DNA of 64,000 bases from a virus. Taxonomy: Duplodnaviria > Caudoviricetes. The stretch is taken from the IMG/VR virus record IMGVR_UViG_3300043464_002149; one strand, 5' to 3'. Both the position numbers and the translations under genes were made by a program. Positions 1 to 8,991 of this stretch are shown here, in pieces. The stretch's first letter is position 1. Every line of letters starts with the position of its first letter. Below the pieces are notes generated by a model that had not been told where the DNA came from, searched no databases, and saw nothing but the letters and a program-made list of their open reading frames with translations.

Positions 1-781
1 CAGAGGTTCTTATATCACCAGTTGTTGTATCAATTTGGAAATTACCTTGTCCAATATCAAATTTATTACCATCAAATGTTAAGTTAACACTGTCTTCTAA
101 TAATCCACCAGTACCAACAAGAACTAATCTATTATCTGTTAGACCTGTTACAGTAACTGAACCATTTAAAATAGTATTACCTGTAACATTAAGAGCACCA
201 CCTAAATCGGTTGTGCCAGAAACTTTTAAATTATTTGAAATATGAACATTTGAACCAGATATTGTTGAACCTGTGATATTAGTAACATTTAAATTACTAC
301 CAGTTAATGAAGTAATATTACCATTCGTTGTAGTAAGTGTTGCACCAGTTAAATTTGTTACATTTGCATTACTACTTGTAAGTGAAGTAATATTTGAATT
401 TGTGCTGGTGATTGTAGTTCCAGTTAAATTTGTTATTGTAACATTACTAATGGTATTTCCCTCAATATTACCAGTAAGGTCTAATCTAGCATTACCGTCT
501 TTACTAAGAATATAAAGAGACTTATTACCTGACGCATAAAATGGTGTCCCATCAACTACTGAACCGTGTGAACCAACTGTAATTGTTGGAGCCGCAGCAC
601 CTTGATAAATCTTTGAAACTGATCTATAAGCGCCCGCCACACCTTCTGTTTCACCCACAAAAAGAAAAGGACCATTAAGGTCACCTATTGATCCTGTGGC
701 TACTACAAGTTCAGAAATTCTGGCTGTAACATCTTTTAATTGGGTAATACTACCTCTTCTGTGTTTAATTATTTGTGCCAT
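1..781 (-). CDS. Tail-fibre/virion protein with Mtd_N-like start (MAQIIKHRRGS...), truncated by window edge; not in ORF track
   Basis: Manual translation from ATG at 781: MAQIIKHRRGSITQLKDVTARISELVVATGSIGDLNGPFLFVGE..., open to position 1, Thr/Asn/Ser-rich beta-fibre-like repeats; TATTTAT motif upstream. Confidence 0.75.
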   Translation of the reverse strand, partial: MAQIIKHRRGSITQLKDVTARISELVVATGSIGDLNGPFLFVGETEGVAGAYRSVSKIYQGAAAPTITVGSHGSVVDGTPFYASGNKSLYILSKDGNARLDLTGNIEGNTISNVTITNLTGTTITSTNSNITSLTSSNANVTNLTGATLTTTNGNITSLTGSNLNVTNITGSTISGSNVHISNNLKVSGTTDLGGALNVTGNTILNGSVTVTGLTDNRLVLVGTGGLLEDSVNLTFDGNKFDIGQGNFQIDTTTGDIRTS

Positions 782-826
782 CTTTCTTTTTTAATTGTTT
801 TATTTATATAAATACTTTATTTTTAA

Positions 827-1564
827 TTAGAAAAAGCCGTCACCACAGTCGATGACAGAATTTTTATTACGGTCACTTAGTGCCCCTAAATTTTCTATCA
901 CTAACGATGCTGAGACTATTTGGCTGTTAACAATATTTTTAACTATTGCCATAGCACCAGATACCGTTAATGTGTCTTTATCATGTGTTGTTTGAACTAA
1001 AGTAGTGCCACCTTCAACTTTTAGGTCGCCTATAATTCTAACCGAACCACTCATTAATATTGTTGAACCGTCATCAGAAACCCTAGAATTTACTAAAGTT
1101 CCGCTTGGACCAGCTTTTTGTAAATAATCAATAGTACCAGTACCACCTAACAATAAAGGAAGTTCAGACCCTAAAGGACCGGCGATCCACCTGTCATTAG
1201 CTGAATCCCATAAAAATGAACCTGAAATTGTGTTTGGCGCGGTTGGATCTTTTATTAATAGACCACCAAAAGCAGCTGAACTACCGTTTAATTCTACGAT
1301 ATTGTCACCTATGGTCACAACATTAGATTCAACGGAAGTTGTTGTTCCTTTTACTGTAAGGTTACCACTAACAACCAAATTACCTGGTATATCAAGGTCA
1401 CCATCAATACTTAAAGAGCCGGAACTATATAAATTTTTAGCATAAACCGCTTCTAAGTAATTAGAACCGGGTCCACCCAATATAACCAAAGAAGCTGATC
1501 CACTAGAGTTTAATGGAACGTTTTGGGTGTCTATCTGTAACCAATTTATCTGTTGTAAAGGCAT
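827..1564 (-). CDS. Virion structural/fibre protein
   Basis: GNLTVKGTTTSVESNVVTIGDNIVELN motif typical of phage fibre proteins; TATTTAT upstream. Confidence 0.6.
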   Translation of the reverse strand: MPLQQINWLQIDTQNVPLNSSGSASLVILGGPGSNYLEAVYAKNLYSSGSLSIDGDLDIPGNLVVSGNLTVKGTTTSVESNVVTIGDNIVELNGSSAAFGGLLIKDPTAPNTISGSFLWDSANDRWIAGPLGSELPLLLGGTGTIDYLQKAGPSGTLVNSRVSDDGSTILMSGSVRIIGDLKVEGGTTLVQTTHDKDTLTVSGAMAIVKNIVNSQIVSASLVIENLGALSDRNKNSVIDCGDGFF

Positions 1565-1611
1565 GTAAAAGTAAAGTCTTTTACATAAATACTTTTATTA
1601 TGGTTCTTCGC

Positions 1612-1641
1612 ATAAAAAAGGGGAATTTTTTTAAATCCCCC
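1612..1641 (-). terminator. Intrinsic terminator after glutaredoxin
   Basis: Minus strand GGGGATTT-AAA-AAATTCCCC followed by T7. Confidence 0.8.
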
Positions 1642-1652
1642 TTTCATTTTTT

Positions 1653-1925
1653 TTACAGATATTTTTTTATTTTTTCTATTGCTTCTTCTTTAGTGTTAAA
1701 ATCCCTCCCCGCAACAAATATTGGCCCAGAAAGGGTTTGAGGATCTTGTAAATAAACCGTTGGTAATGCATCTAGGTTTGTTAGTTTGATAACCTCGTCA
1801 TAAATTTTTCTATTTTTATTAACCTCAAACTCATCATATTCTATTCCCTGTTTGCTTAATTCTTCCTTTAATACTTTACAATGAGAACAGCCATTAATTG
1901 TGAATATGTTAATAGAATAACCCAT
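1653..1925 (-). CDS. Glutaredoxin / NrdH-like redoxin
   Basis: CSHC active site, ALPTV cis-Pro motif, 90 aa. Confidence 0.8.
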   Translation of the reverse strand: MGYSINIFTINGCSHCKVLKEELSKQGIEYDEFEVNKNRKIYDEVIKLTNLDALPTVYLQDPQTLSGPIFVAGRDFNTKEEAIEKIKKYL

Positions 1926-1926
1926 T

Positions 1927-2232
1927 TTACAAATCGTTTAATATTTTTTTATAGAATCCATCTGAATTAGCTCCACTTGATCTATCTATCAATTCTCCGT
2001 TTTTATATATTATAACCGTTGGTACAGATCTAATACCCATTTTCATTGAATGATCTGTGTTTTCATCAACATCAACAGATACAAATTTTGCATTTGGGTA
2101 CTCTGATTCTAATGCTGTTAGTCTAGGCATTAAAGTTTTACAAGGGCCACACCACTTGGCGAAATAATCCACCAAAACAACTTTGTCTTGGGTTAATAAT
2201 TGTTCTACAACATCTCCTGATACGTTTTCCAT
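1927..2232 (-). CDS. trxA: Thioredoxin
   Basis: WCGPC active site, GIRSVPT, 101 aa. Confidence 0.92.
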   Translation of the reverse strand: MENVSGDVVEQLLTQDKVVLVDYFAKWCGPCKTLMPRLTALESEYPNAKFVSVDVDENTDHSMKMGIRSVPTVIIYKNGELIDRSSGANSDGFYKKILNDL

Positions 2233-2235
2233 AAT

Positions 2236-3306
2236 TTAAAATCCTATTTTACTTGTTTTTTTATTTGACGATTTATGAACCTCAACATCTACATTATATA
2301 TATCTGCTAAAACCATTCCTTGGTCCGATATAAAATCTTTTTTTAGATGTTTTAATAGTTTATTTGTTTCTTCGATTGATAATTTATCAAACTTATGTTC
2401 TGCTATCAATCTACCCTTTCTTAACAGTGCTTGATCAATTCTCTCCCTTTTCATATTAAAGGTAGCAATCACTTGGATATTCAAACAATCCCCCAATATA
2501 CCATCGGTTAGGTTTAATAAATTGGAAACCCCGGATGCTGAACCATTACCTTCTCTATCTGAGATTACTCTTTCAGCATCCTCAATAATAAGAACAGTAT
2601 TTCTATGATCCATTAAAAATGGTATAATACTTGGCTCAGATAACATCTCAGCCATTGATGGTGGAATAAATAAAATATCTTTATCCTTAACCAATTTTGT
2701 TAAGTACTTTATATATGACGTTTTACCAGTACCTGGTTCGCCATGTAATAAAATAATACCTTTATCGTTTGGTTTATTTAATCTTTTTACAATAATATCG
2801 TGTACTTGTTTGAAGTCTTCACCATAGTTAAAGATCAAATCAATATCCGGAACAGCAAGATCATACTCTTCAGTATCTAAATGTCCCATTTCACTTTTAA
2901 CAAGATTGATATTTGCTTTTTTCTTATTCTTCGCAAATTTCTTAATCTCATTAAAATTTATTTGCTCTTGTAATTCACCTTCAGTAATATCATAGAAAAA
3001 ACTAAGAATAATTAATGGGTTTTTTTCTGTGGTCTTACCATGCGAAAAAGACACAAACATTTTTCTTTCGTAGTTCACAAATAAACGTTCAGACGAATTC
3101 ATCTCACGGTTTGAAAGTTCGATTCGTGAGATCTCAGAAAAATCATGACTTTTAAAATACGCTATGATATCGTGTGAATACGTTTGCTTATATGAATGTT
3201 TAGATGGGATTGAATTGAAATGAATCAAAAACATCTGTTCTATCGGAGCTTCATTTCCGTAAGATGTTTCATATAAACTATAGTTTTGTGGATACTCTAT
3301 CTTCAT
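2236..3306 (-). CDS. AAA+ ATPase (BCS1-like/ATPase_AAA core)
   Basis: Walker A GEPGTGKT, Walker B LIIEDAE, second region of homology IDQALLRKGRL. Confidence 0.85.
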   Translation of the reverse strand: MKIEYPQNYSLYETSYGNEAPIEQMFLIHFNSIPSKHSYKQTYSHDIIAYFKSHDFSEISRIELSNREMNSSERLFVNYERKMFVSFSHGKTTEKNPLIILSFFYDITEGELQEQINFNEIKKFAKNKKKANINLVKSEMGHLDTEEYDLAVPDIDLIFNYGEDFKQVHDIIVKRLNKPNDKGIILLHGEPGTGKTSYIKYLTKLVKDKDILFIPPSMAEMLSEPSIIPFLMDHRNTVLIIEDAERVISDREGNGSASGVSNLLNLTDGILGDCLNIQVIATFNMKRERIDQALLRKGRLIAEHKFDKLSIEETNKLLKHLKKDFISDQGMVLADIYNVDVEVHKSSNKKTSKIGF

Positions 3307-3344
3307 GTATTAAATATACATGAAAAAAATCATAAAACAAAATG

Positions 3345-3638
3345 CTAATTCATTGAAGTTGGGGGGAAATCTTTAAAAAACATAAAAAGGCCATCTTCGC
3401 TATAAAAAACGTCCTGTCTGCTAACAGTAACAGCTAATATTGTTTTACGTAATAATTCAAATTGCTCTCTGGTTAACTCTGGCTGCCCATTATCTTCAAA
3501 GTTTTTTTCAGAAATAATAGTCAGATGTTTATAAAATTCATCGACGTCAGAGTTACCAATGAAATATTCTCTTGCTTCATTATTTGAGTTTAAATAATTT
3601 TTTACCTTCTGTAAATAAACAAGTATTTCTGTCTGCAT
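3345..3638 (-). CDS. Hypothetical protein
   Basis: 97-aa ORF abutting neighbours in operon. Confidence 0.6.
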   Translation of the reverse strand: MQTEILVYLQKVKNYLNSNNEAREYFIGNSDVDEFYKHLTIISEKNFEDNGQPELTREQFELLRKTILAVTVSRQDVFYSEDGLFMFFKDFPPTSMN

Positions 3639-3640
3639 CT

Positions 3641-4162
3641 TTAAACTTTTGATATCTGTTCAATACTAACCTCAACTATAGTATCTCGTCCAAAAACTTT
3701 AACATTAAGTTGAACTTTATCATTATAGATATGGCTAACAACCCCATTAAATGACGCAAATGGGCCTTCATTAATAACAGCGTTTTCTCCTATCACGAAT
3801 TTAATGCTTTTACTTTCTTTGTGTTTTTCTAACAGTTCGTCTTTTAAAATTTTATTGATATCGTCTTCGCTCATTCTTCTTGGTTTTTTGTCACCAAGCA
3901 TACCCATAACCGCCGGAAATGCCGCAACCGTTTTTAATTGGTCTTCAGTTAGCTGATTTTGAGATTCAAAGTAAAGGTAGCCATTATATATGATTTTCTC
4001 TCTAGAAACTTTCTTTTTTCTAAGAACCACGAATTCTTTTTCCATAGGGCAGACAAATCTATCAATAAACCCAATCTTGCCCAACCCAATTTGTGTGTTG
4101 AATTGTTCACTTAGTTGTCTTTCCTTACCGGGCATCACCTTTATTACATACCATTTAGACAT
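3641..4162 (-). CDS. nusG: NusG-family transcription elongation/antitermination factor
   Basis: NGN start KWYVIKVMPGKE, GYLYF, and KOW C-terminus GPFASFNGVV...VKVFGRDTIVEV. Confidence 0.9.
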   Translation of the reverse strand: MSKWYVIKVMPGKERQLSEQFNTQIGLGKIGFIDRFVCPMEKEFVVLRKKKVSREKIIYNGYLYFESQNQLTEDQLKTVAAFPAVMGMLGDKKPRRMSEDDINKILKDELLEKHKESKSIKFVIGENAVINEGPFASFNGVVSHIYNDKVQLNVKVFGRDTIVEVSIEQISKV

Positions 4163-4238
4163 ATTAGTTTTTTTATATAAATATTTATTTTTTTATCCTA
4201 ACATTAATATAGGGATAAATTTCAAAATAAGCAAATGT

Positions 4239-4267
4239 TTGGTTTTTAGGAAAAAATTAGTTATAAT
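4239..4267 (+). promoter_or_regulatory. Sigma70-type promoter for plus-strand island
   Basis: TTGGTT-N17-TATAAT, 5 nt before ATG at 4273 (leaderless-like). Confidence 0.6.
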
Positions 4268-4272
4268 TAAAT

Positions 4273-4425
4273 ATGTCTTGCACGAGTTGTAAAAAAAAGA
4301 AGTCATTTATCGAAGAAAAGGAAGAACTGTTATCAGGTTTTAATAGTTCTGCTATTGGATTTGCTATAATTTGGTCTATTTTGGCTCTATATGGGCTTTA
4401 TTCTTTAATTATGTTATTTGTATGA
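4273..4425 (+). CDS. Small CxxC single-pass membrane protein (50 aa), not in ORF track
   Basis: MSCTSCKKKKSFIEEKEELLSGFNSSAIGFAIIWSILALYGLYSLIMLFV; its TGA overlaps next ATG (ATGA at 4422-4425). Confidence 0.75.
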   Translation: MSCTSCKKKKSFIEEKEELLSGFNSSAIGFAIIWSILALYGLYSLIMLFV

Positions 4426-5072
4426 GTAAGGAGCCAAAATATATGATCGTTGTCATGTTGAATAAAAAAAGAAAAAAAGTTCTTTATAAAAGCAACAGGA
4501 GAACAACCATTAACGAATACTGGAGAGAGTGTAAAACACAAAAAAAACCCCCATATTGTGCAGAAAATAGGGGTAGATCAAGAGCTAAGTTAAACTTTCA
4601 TTTAATGCTCGTTTATCCCAACAATAGATGGGCAAAAAACGATGAGAAATTTCATATTACTGATCATTTAGGTAGAAGCCAGGAGGTTTTTATTGAAAGT
4701 GATGACTATAGAATTAAGGAAATTATTCCTTGGTGGGAACCTGAAAAGATATATGACTTTCAGCAGAAAAAACACATCTATTTTGAAGAGATGTTCGATA
4801 TTATTAATAAAATATCCGAGTATGCTCAAATCTTCACACTTAATAATAAAATTTTTGTACAGATTGATGATGATGTCACTGTGTATAAAAACAAAAACCT
4901 CAACGATACGCAGAGGTTATTTACATTATTACAATCAGAGCTGTTAAAAAAGAAAAGAACAAACTTTATGTTTGTTAAGGATGTTACATCGTATCAAAGA
5001 AAATTACTTTATGATATATTAGAACCGAAGGGGTTCTCTAGAAATGAGTTGTTTAGGCATTACTCATATTAA
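4422..5072 (+). CDS. Hypothetical basic protein (start revised from 4371 to 4422)
   Basis: MSKEPKY start is translationally coupled to upstream small ORF via ATGA. Confidence 0.7.
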   Translation: MSKEPKYMIVVMLNKKRKKVLYKSNRRTTINEYWRECKTQKKPPYCAENRGRSRAKLNFHLMLVYPNNRWAKNDEKFHITDHLGRSQEVFIESDDYRIKEIIPWWEPEKIYDFQQKKHIYFEEMFDIINKISEYAQIFTLNNKIFVQIDDDVTVYKNKNLNDTQRLFTLLQSELLKKKRTNFMFVKDVTSYQRKLLYDILEPKGFSRNELFRHYSY

Positions 5073-5292
5073 ACACAATATTAACATCACCAATTCTAAT
5101 GTTAAATGTATTTTTGGGTCTTTCACTCATAAATCTGCCCTTAGTTTCAACCATTTTATAAATTCGAAAGAATTCATTTTCAGGCACTTCTAATACTAAT
5201 GTTTGACTTTTTGAGTTAACATTAATTTTTTCTAATAGGTCGGATACAATTGCTAGCTGATTAAAAACATCACCTTTTTTTTCCATAACCAA
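5053..5292 (-). CDS. Hypothetical protein
   Basis: 79-aa ORF, convergent 20-nt overlap with plus-strand gene. Confidence 0.6.
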   Translation of the reverse strand: MVMEKKGDVFNQLAIVSDLLEKINVNSKSQTLVLEVPENEFFRIYKMVETKGRFMSERPKNTFNIRIGDVNIVFNMSNA

Positions 5293-5473
5293 AAATTATA
5301 AGTAATTTATCCCATATAGATATTTTCTTTTTTGGTTTTTGAATAAACATCTGGGATTTATCGAGTGACTTAATTTCTTTTAGTTGGTTTTTTTTGTGTT
5401 CCAGTATTTCCTTCTTGTCCTTCTCCATCTCTTTCGAGAGCCAACTCATCCCCTGTTGAATCTTCTTGTCCAT
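5270..5473 (-). CDS. Hypothetical Lys-rich protein with hydrophobic C-terminal patch
   Basis: 67-aa ORF; fills 5270-5369 which no other ORF covers; 104-nt overlap with upstream gene. Confidence 0.6.
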   Translation of the reverse strand: MDKKIQQGMSWLSKEMEKDKKEILEHKKNQLKEIKSLDKSQMFIQKPKKKISIWDKLLIIFGYGKKR

Positions 5474-5843
5474 TTTCAGTGATAAAATTTATTTCTTTCA
5501 ATTTATGTAACGACTCATGTTTGAATAGGGTTTCTAATTCTCTAACCTTTTCTTTAAAAAGTCTTTCCTTTTCTTCCAATTCAATATTAAATTTAATTAT
5601 TTCTTCAGCACATATCCTGGCGGTATCATAACCGTCTTGTGTAGCTAATGAAATAACAGATACTAATTGACTCTTATCATTCTTATCTTGAACTTTGAGT
5701 TGTAGCGATTTATATTGCGATACAATATTTTGTATGTTCTCTAGTCTCCAGGTTGTTGGTATCCTTAGATCTAAACTAACGTTGTCACTAATCTCTCTTA
5801 GAGAAAAGAAATATGGCCTTAAATTTGAAATTAATTCGTACAC
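5370..5843 (-). CDS. Hypothetical protein with coiled-coil C-half
   Basis: 157-aa ORF in operon. Confidence 0.65.
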   Translation of the reverse strand: MYELISNLRPYFFSLREISDNVSLDLRIPTTWRLENIQNIVSQYKSLQLKVQDKNDKSQLVSVISLATQDGYDTARICAEEIIKFNIELEEKERLFKEKVRELETLFKHESLHKLKEINFITENGQEDSTGDELALERDGEGQEGNTGTQKKPTKRN

Positions 5844-6025
5844 TATATTGTAATTAAAAATGTTATTATAAAAGATACTGCAACGTAAATTAACATTTCA
5901 GTAATTTTATTTATTGTCATTGGTTTCGGATTATCGCTTCTTAGCATCATAATAAATTCAACTGCATATCTCAGTAAAAAAACAATACTAAAAACGAAGA
6001 AAAATAAACTAGTTATCTTGATCAT
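5843..6025 (-). CDS. Small two-TM membrane protein
   Basis: Two hydrophobic segments in 60 aa; coupled to neighbours. Confidence 0.6.
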   Translation of the reverse strand: MIKITSLFFFVFSIVFLLRYAVEFIMMLRSDNPKPMTINKITEMLIYVAVSFIITFLITI

Positions 6026-6197
6026 GATTCTTGATTTCGTCTAATATTTCTTTTCTATATACACCAATAAGGGCTTTAAGCTCCTGCGCGTGTTTTCTAG
6101 CTCGAATAGATGCACTTCGATTACCCTTGATAAAAACTTTTTGGGTATCAACAGACATTTTTTCAACTAAGTCTTTTATTTTTTTTAATGTTTCCAT
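6009..6197 (-). CDS. Hc1-family histone H1-like nucleoid protein (short Bacteroidota-type)
   Basis: KGNRSASIRARKHAQELKALI...YRKEI matches the GNKAAGxRARK...L....K..RK pattern of Hc1-family proteins. Confidence 0.75.
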   Translation of the reverse strand: METLKKIKDLVEKMSVDTQKVFIKGNRSASIRARKHAQELKALIGVYRKEILDEIKNHDQDN

Positions 6198-6269
6198 TTT
6201 TTAGATATTTTATCTATAACAATATAAATAAAAATATCCAGTTTTTAAAGCCAAAAACGAGATTTTTTT

Positions 6270-6722
6270 TCACTTTTTGATATTTGCTTCTAAAATCTTA
6301 TAGATTTCAGTAAGCATATCTAGCTCGGATCTGGTTTTTCTGTAGTCGAATTGGAACAGTTTTGTGAAGTATTCTTTGATTCTGTTGTTGGAGCTATTTT
6401 CGTTTAAATAAAAAGCTTCGTAGAAGAAATTCCATAAATAATCGCGGTGTTGACCGGATTCTCTGAATCTAATTGATTCTTTTTCAAAGTTTTTGATAAC
6501 CTTGTTCCAACACCAATTAAAATGATTTTTTTGTTCTTGTTCAGTAATAATAACATCTGGACCTAGATAGGTTTCATCTATTGTATCATGTAGAGAAAGA
6601 ACAAAATCGTGAAATAATTCGACTTTCTCTCGTATGATATTATACGCTTTATACCAAACTTCTATTTGATTACGGAAATTTTCAGATGCAATAAATTCTA
6701 AATAACTTTCGTCCTTTTTCAT
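6270..6722 (-). CDS. Hypothetical protein
   Basis: 150-aa aromatic-rich ORF. Confidence 0.65.
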   Translation of the reverse strand: MKKDESYLEFIASENFRNQIEVWYKAYNIIREKVELFHDFVLSLHDTIDETYLGPDVIITEQEQKNHFNWCWNKVIKNFEKESIRFRESGQHRDYLWNFFYEAFYLNENSSNNRIKEYFTKLFQFDYRKTRSELDMLTEIYKILEANIKK

Positions 6723-6773
6723 ATTACTTATATACCTTTAATATAAGGATAAAAGAAATGAAAAAAAAGAGAG

Positions 6774-8054
6774 TTATTGAGTTTTCTTATTGTAAGAAGC
6801 CATTTGTTTCATTCTTTGAATTTCTTCAGAAATTATGTTTTCAGCTACTTGTTTAGATTCCTTAACTTCTCTTGAGGGTTGCACATCTTTTTTGTACATT
6901 GGCATGTTTCCCTCTTCTTTATCTTTTCTCTTAACCTTTTTAATAATTTTTTCACCTAACTTACTTGGGACAACATTTGCAGCATCTTGTGAATTACCCA
7001 TTTTGCTATCTCCTTTTAATGCCATTTCATGTCTGTCCTGCGCTTCTTTTGATGGATCTACATCATAGATTAAATCTTCTAATCCACCACCTCTGTGATC
7101 AGCAACTTCTTCAGATTCTTTTTCATCCGCTCTTCTTGCTTTTACTTCCCCACCAATTTGATTTGGAAATTCTGGATTATCGTTACCATCAAAATTTAAA
7201 TACTCTTTGATCTTTTGTTCAACATCAGATAATGCTTCATTATTTTGTGAACCACTTCCTTTGTGTGACTTCTCATATGTTTCCATACCTGGAACAGCTT
7301 CACTTACCATCTTTTTGATAAGGCTTACTAATTCCGATTCACTTAAACGAATTGATTTTTTAGACTCATACATACTATCTCCACATTCACAGATTTCCTT
7401 ACCACATTTTTCACATGTTTCCCCTTCTTCCATAGAATTACTACCACATTCATAACACTCTTCTTCTCCCTCCTCAACATCAAATTCTTTCCCATCAACA
7501 GTAAATGAATCATCACCATCTTCTTTCGCTTTAGCTAAAGCACCAGTAAATGCGTTACCTTCTTTTGGTTCTGTTTTCTTTACTTTAATTTTAGATTTTA
7601 ATTCTGGCATATCATAATCCTCCAAAATTTCAAAAACACGACTTGCTGGAACTTTCTCACCATACATTTCACATAATTCTTCTAATGCATCTTGTGCATC
7701 TGGTACTACATCACCAGCTTTTTTAGCTAATTTTAATACTTGTTCCATTGTAAAATGGCCCTTATGTGTTGATTCGTTCATATTTTTCATGTTTTCTAAT
7801 TTTTCTGACATTTTATCTAATTCTTCAAATGATAATTTTTCACCAGGCTCAATTATTAATTCTTGATCTGGATTATCTTTTTTATATGTTTCTAAGGCTT
7901 TTTGAGCTTCTTCTTCAGTTTCAAACTGTTCAATAGGTTCACCTTGTTTATTCTTAATAATATAAACCTCATCTGAAATCCCTTCCAGAATAGCTTTTTT
8001 TATTTCTCTGGTAATTGATTCTTTTATAATATTTTTTAATTCTTCGGTTTTCAT
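6774..8054 (-). CDS. Acidic putative head/internal virion protein
   Basis: 426 aa, Glu-rich; GNAFTGALAKAK and LSESELVSLIKKMV segments; short Cys cluster (CYECG, CEKCG, ICECG); TATTTAT upstream. Confidence 0.55.
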   Translation of the reverse strand: MKTEELKNIIKESITREIKKAILEGISDEVYIIKNKQGEPIEQFETEEEAQKALETYKKDNPDQELIIEPGEKLSFEELDKMSEKLENMKNMNESTHKGHFTMEQVLKLAKKAGDVVPDAQDALEELCEMYGEKVPASRVFEILEDYDMPELKSKIKVKKTEPKEGNAFTGALAKAKEDGDDSFTVDGKEFDVEEGEEECYECGSNSMEEGETCEKCGKEICECGDSMYESKKSIRLSESELVSLIKKMVSEAVPGMETYEKSHKGSGSQNNEALSDVEQKIKEYLNFDGNDNPEFPNQIGGEVKARRADEKESEEVADHRGGGLEDLIYDVDPSKEAQDRHEMALKGDSKMGNSQDAANVVPSKLGEKIIKKVKRKDKEEGNMPMYKKDVQPSREVKESKQVAENIISEEIQRMKQMASYNKKTQ

Positions 8055-8055
8055 A

Positions 8056-8991
8056 TTAAATAAATATCTGTTTAATCTGATTTATTACCAATCTCTCAAC
8101 TTCTTTAAATGGTAGATTGTATTTGATTGCGTTTTCTTGAATTGCTTTATCTAAATCTTGAGATTCCAATAATTCTAAAACATTTTTATCCCCTTGATTA
8201 CAGTATGGGAATTTTTTACATTTATCAGCTATTTTAACAAACTTACCACCTGGACCGCCCCACTTCGGAAAATTTTTGTCTTTAACTGCCCTTCCTTTAT
8301 AAATCGTATCTGGGCCACCAATACTTAATGGGTTTTTTCTACCTTTTGTACCACCAAATAAAGGAACATCATATGAACCAGAAGAACTACCATCAGTTAC
8401 TTCGTCAATCTCTTGTTCTTGTTCGGTCATATTATGTATCTTGGTTATATGTTTCTTTTTAATAACTTGACCAAAAGCTGGAGCGCTATAAGCACCAGAT
8501 GAATCACCACCTGTCATTTCTTTCGCTTCTATTTTTTTCTTTTTACCCTGACAATGTGCTTTCTGGCTAAATCCTTTAGGGTTATTACAGTCAATCGAAT
8601 CTTTATATTTTTTAGTCCACTTTTCGTTCATTTCTTCTCTATTTGAAAGGTCAACAACCCATAATTTAGGGTTTATTCCGTTTTTAATTAGACCAGCTAA
8701 TCTAGTGTTACCACCCAATAAATCATAATCATCTTCAGAAAACTTTACAACAATCGGAATTTCAATTCTACCTTTTTCAAAATCCCTTTCAAATCTATCT
8801 TTCTTTTCTTGTTCTAAAGAATCATAATCTAAATTAACGTTGTTTAAAACGTCTTTAATCTTTTCGTAATTAGTTATAACAAAATTTTGACTAGCGAGTT
8901 CAAGCCAACCTTTTCTCCCCATCTCTTCGAATTCAGGATAACGAGCCGCTTCATACCACTCCCTATTAAAATTAGGTTTTACATATTTCAT
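8056..8991 (-). CDS. ParB/Srx-like domain protein with short modular C-terminal motifs
   Basis: PIVVK...YDLLGGNTRL resembles ParB-like PIxV..Y.LIDGxHR; then KWTKKYKDSIDCNNPKGFSQKAHC module. Confidence 0.55.
   Translation of the reverse strand: MKYVKPNFNREWYEAARYPEFEEMGRKGWLELASQNFVITNYEKIKDVLNNVNLDYDSLEQEKKDRFERDFEKGRIEIPIVVKFSEDDYDLLGGNTRLAGLIKNGINPKLWVVDLSNREEMNEKWTKKYKDSIDCNNPKGFSQKAHCQGKKKKIEAKEMTGGDSSGAYSAPAFGQVIKKKHITKIHNMTEQEQEIDEVTDGSSSGSYDVPLFGGTKGRKNPLSIGGPDTIYKGRAVKDKNFPKWGGPGGKFVKIADKCKKFPYCNQGDKNVLELLESQDLDKAIQENAIKYNLPFKEVERLVINQIKQIFI

Noticed and set aside
3990-4292. 100-aa plus-strand ORF antisense to nusG (and similar short antisense ORFs over nrdA, nrdB, helicase, recA, ssb, sbcC)
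   Set aside because: Overlap well-supported genes on the opposite strand, with no recognisable motifs or expression signals.
4371-4421. Track start of the 233-aa plus-strand ORF
   Set aside because: Region is better explained by the 50-aa upstream gene; ATGA coupling places the start at 4422.
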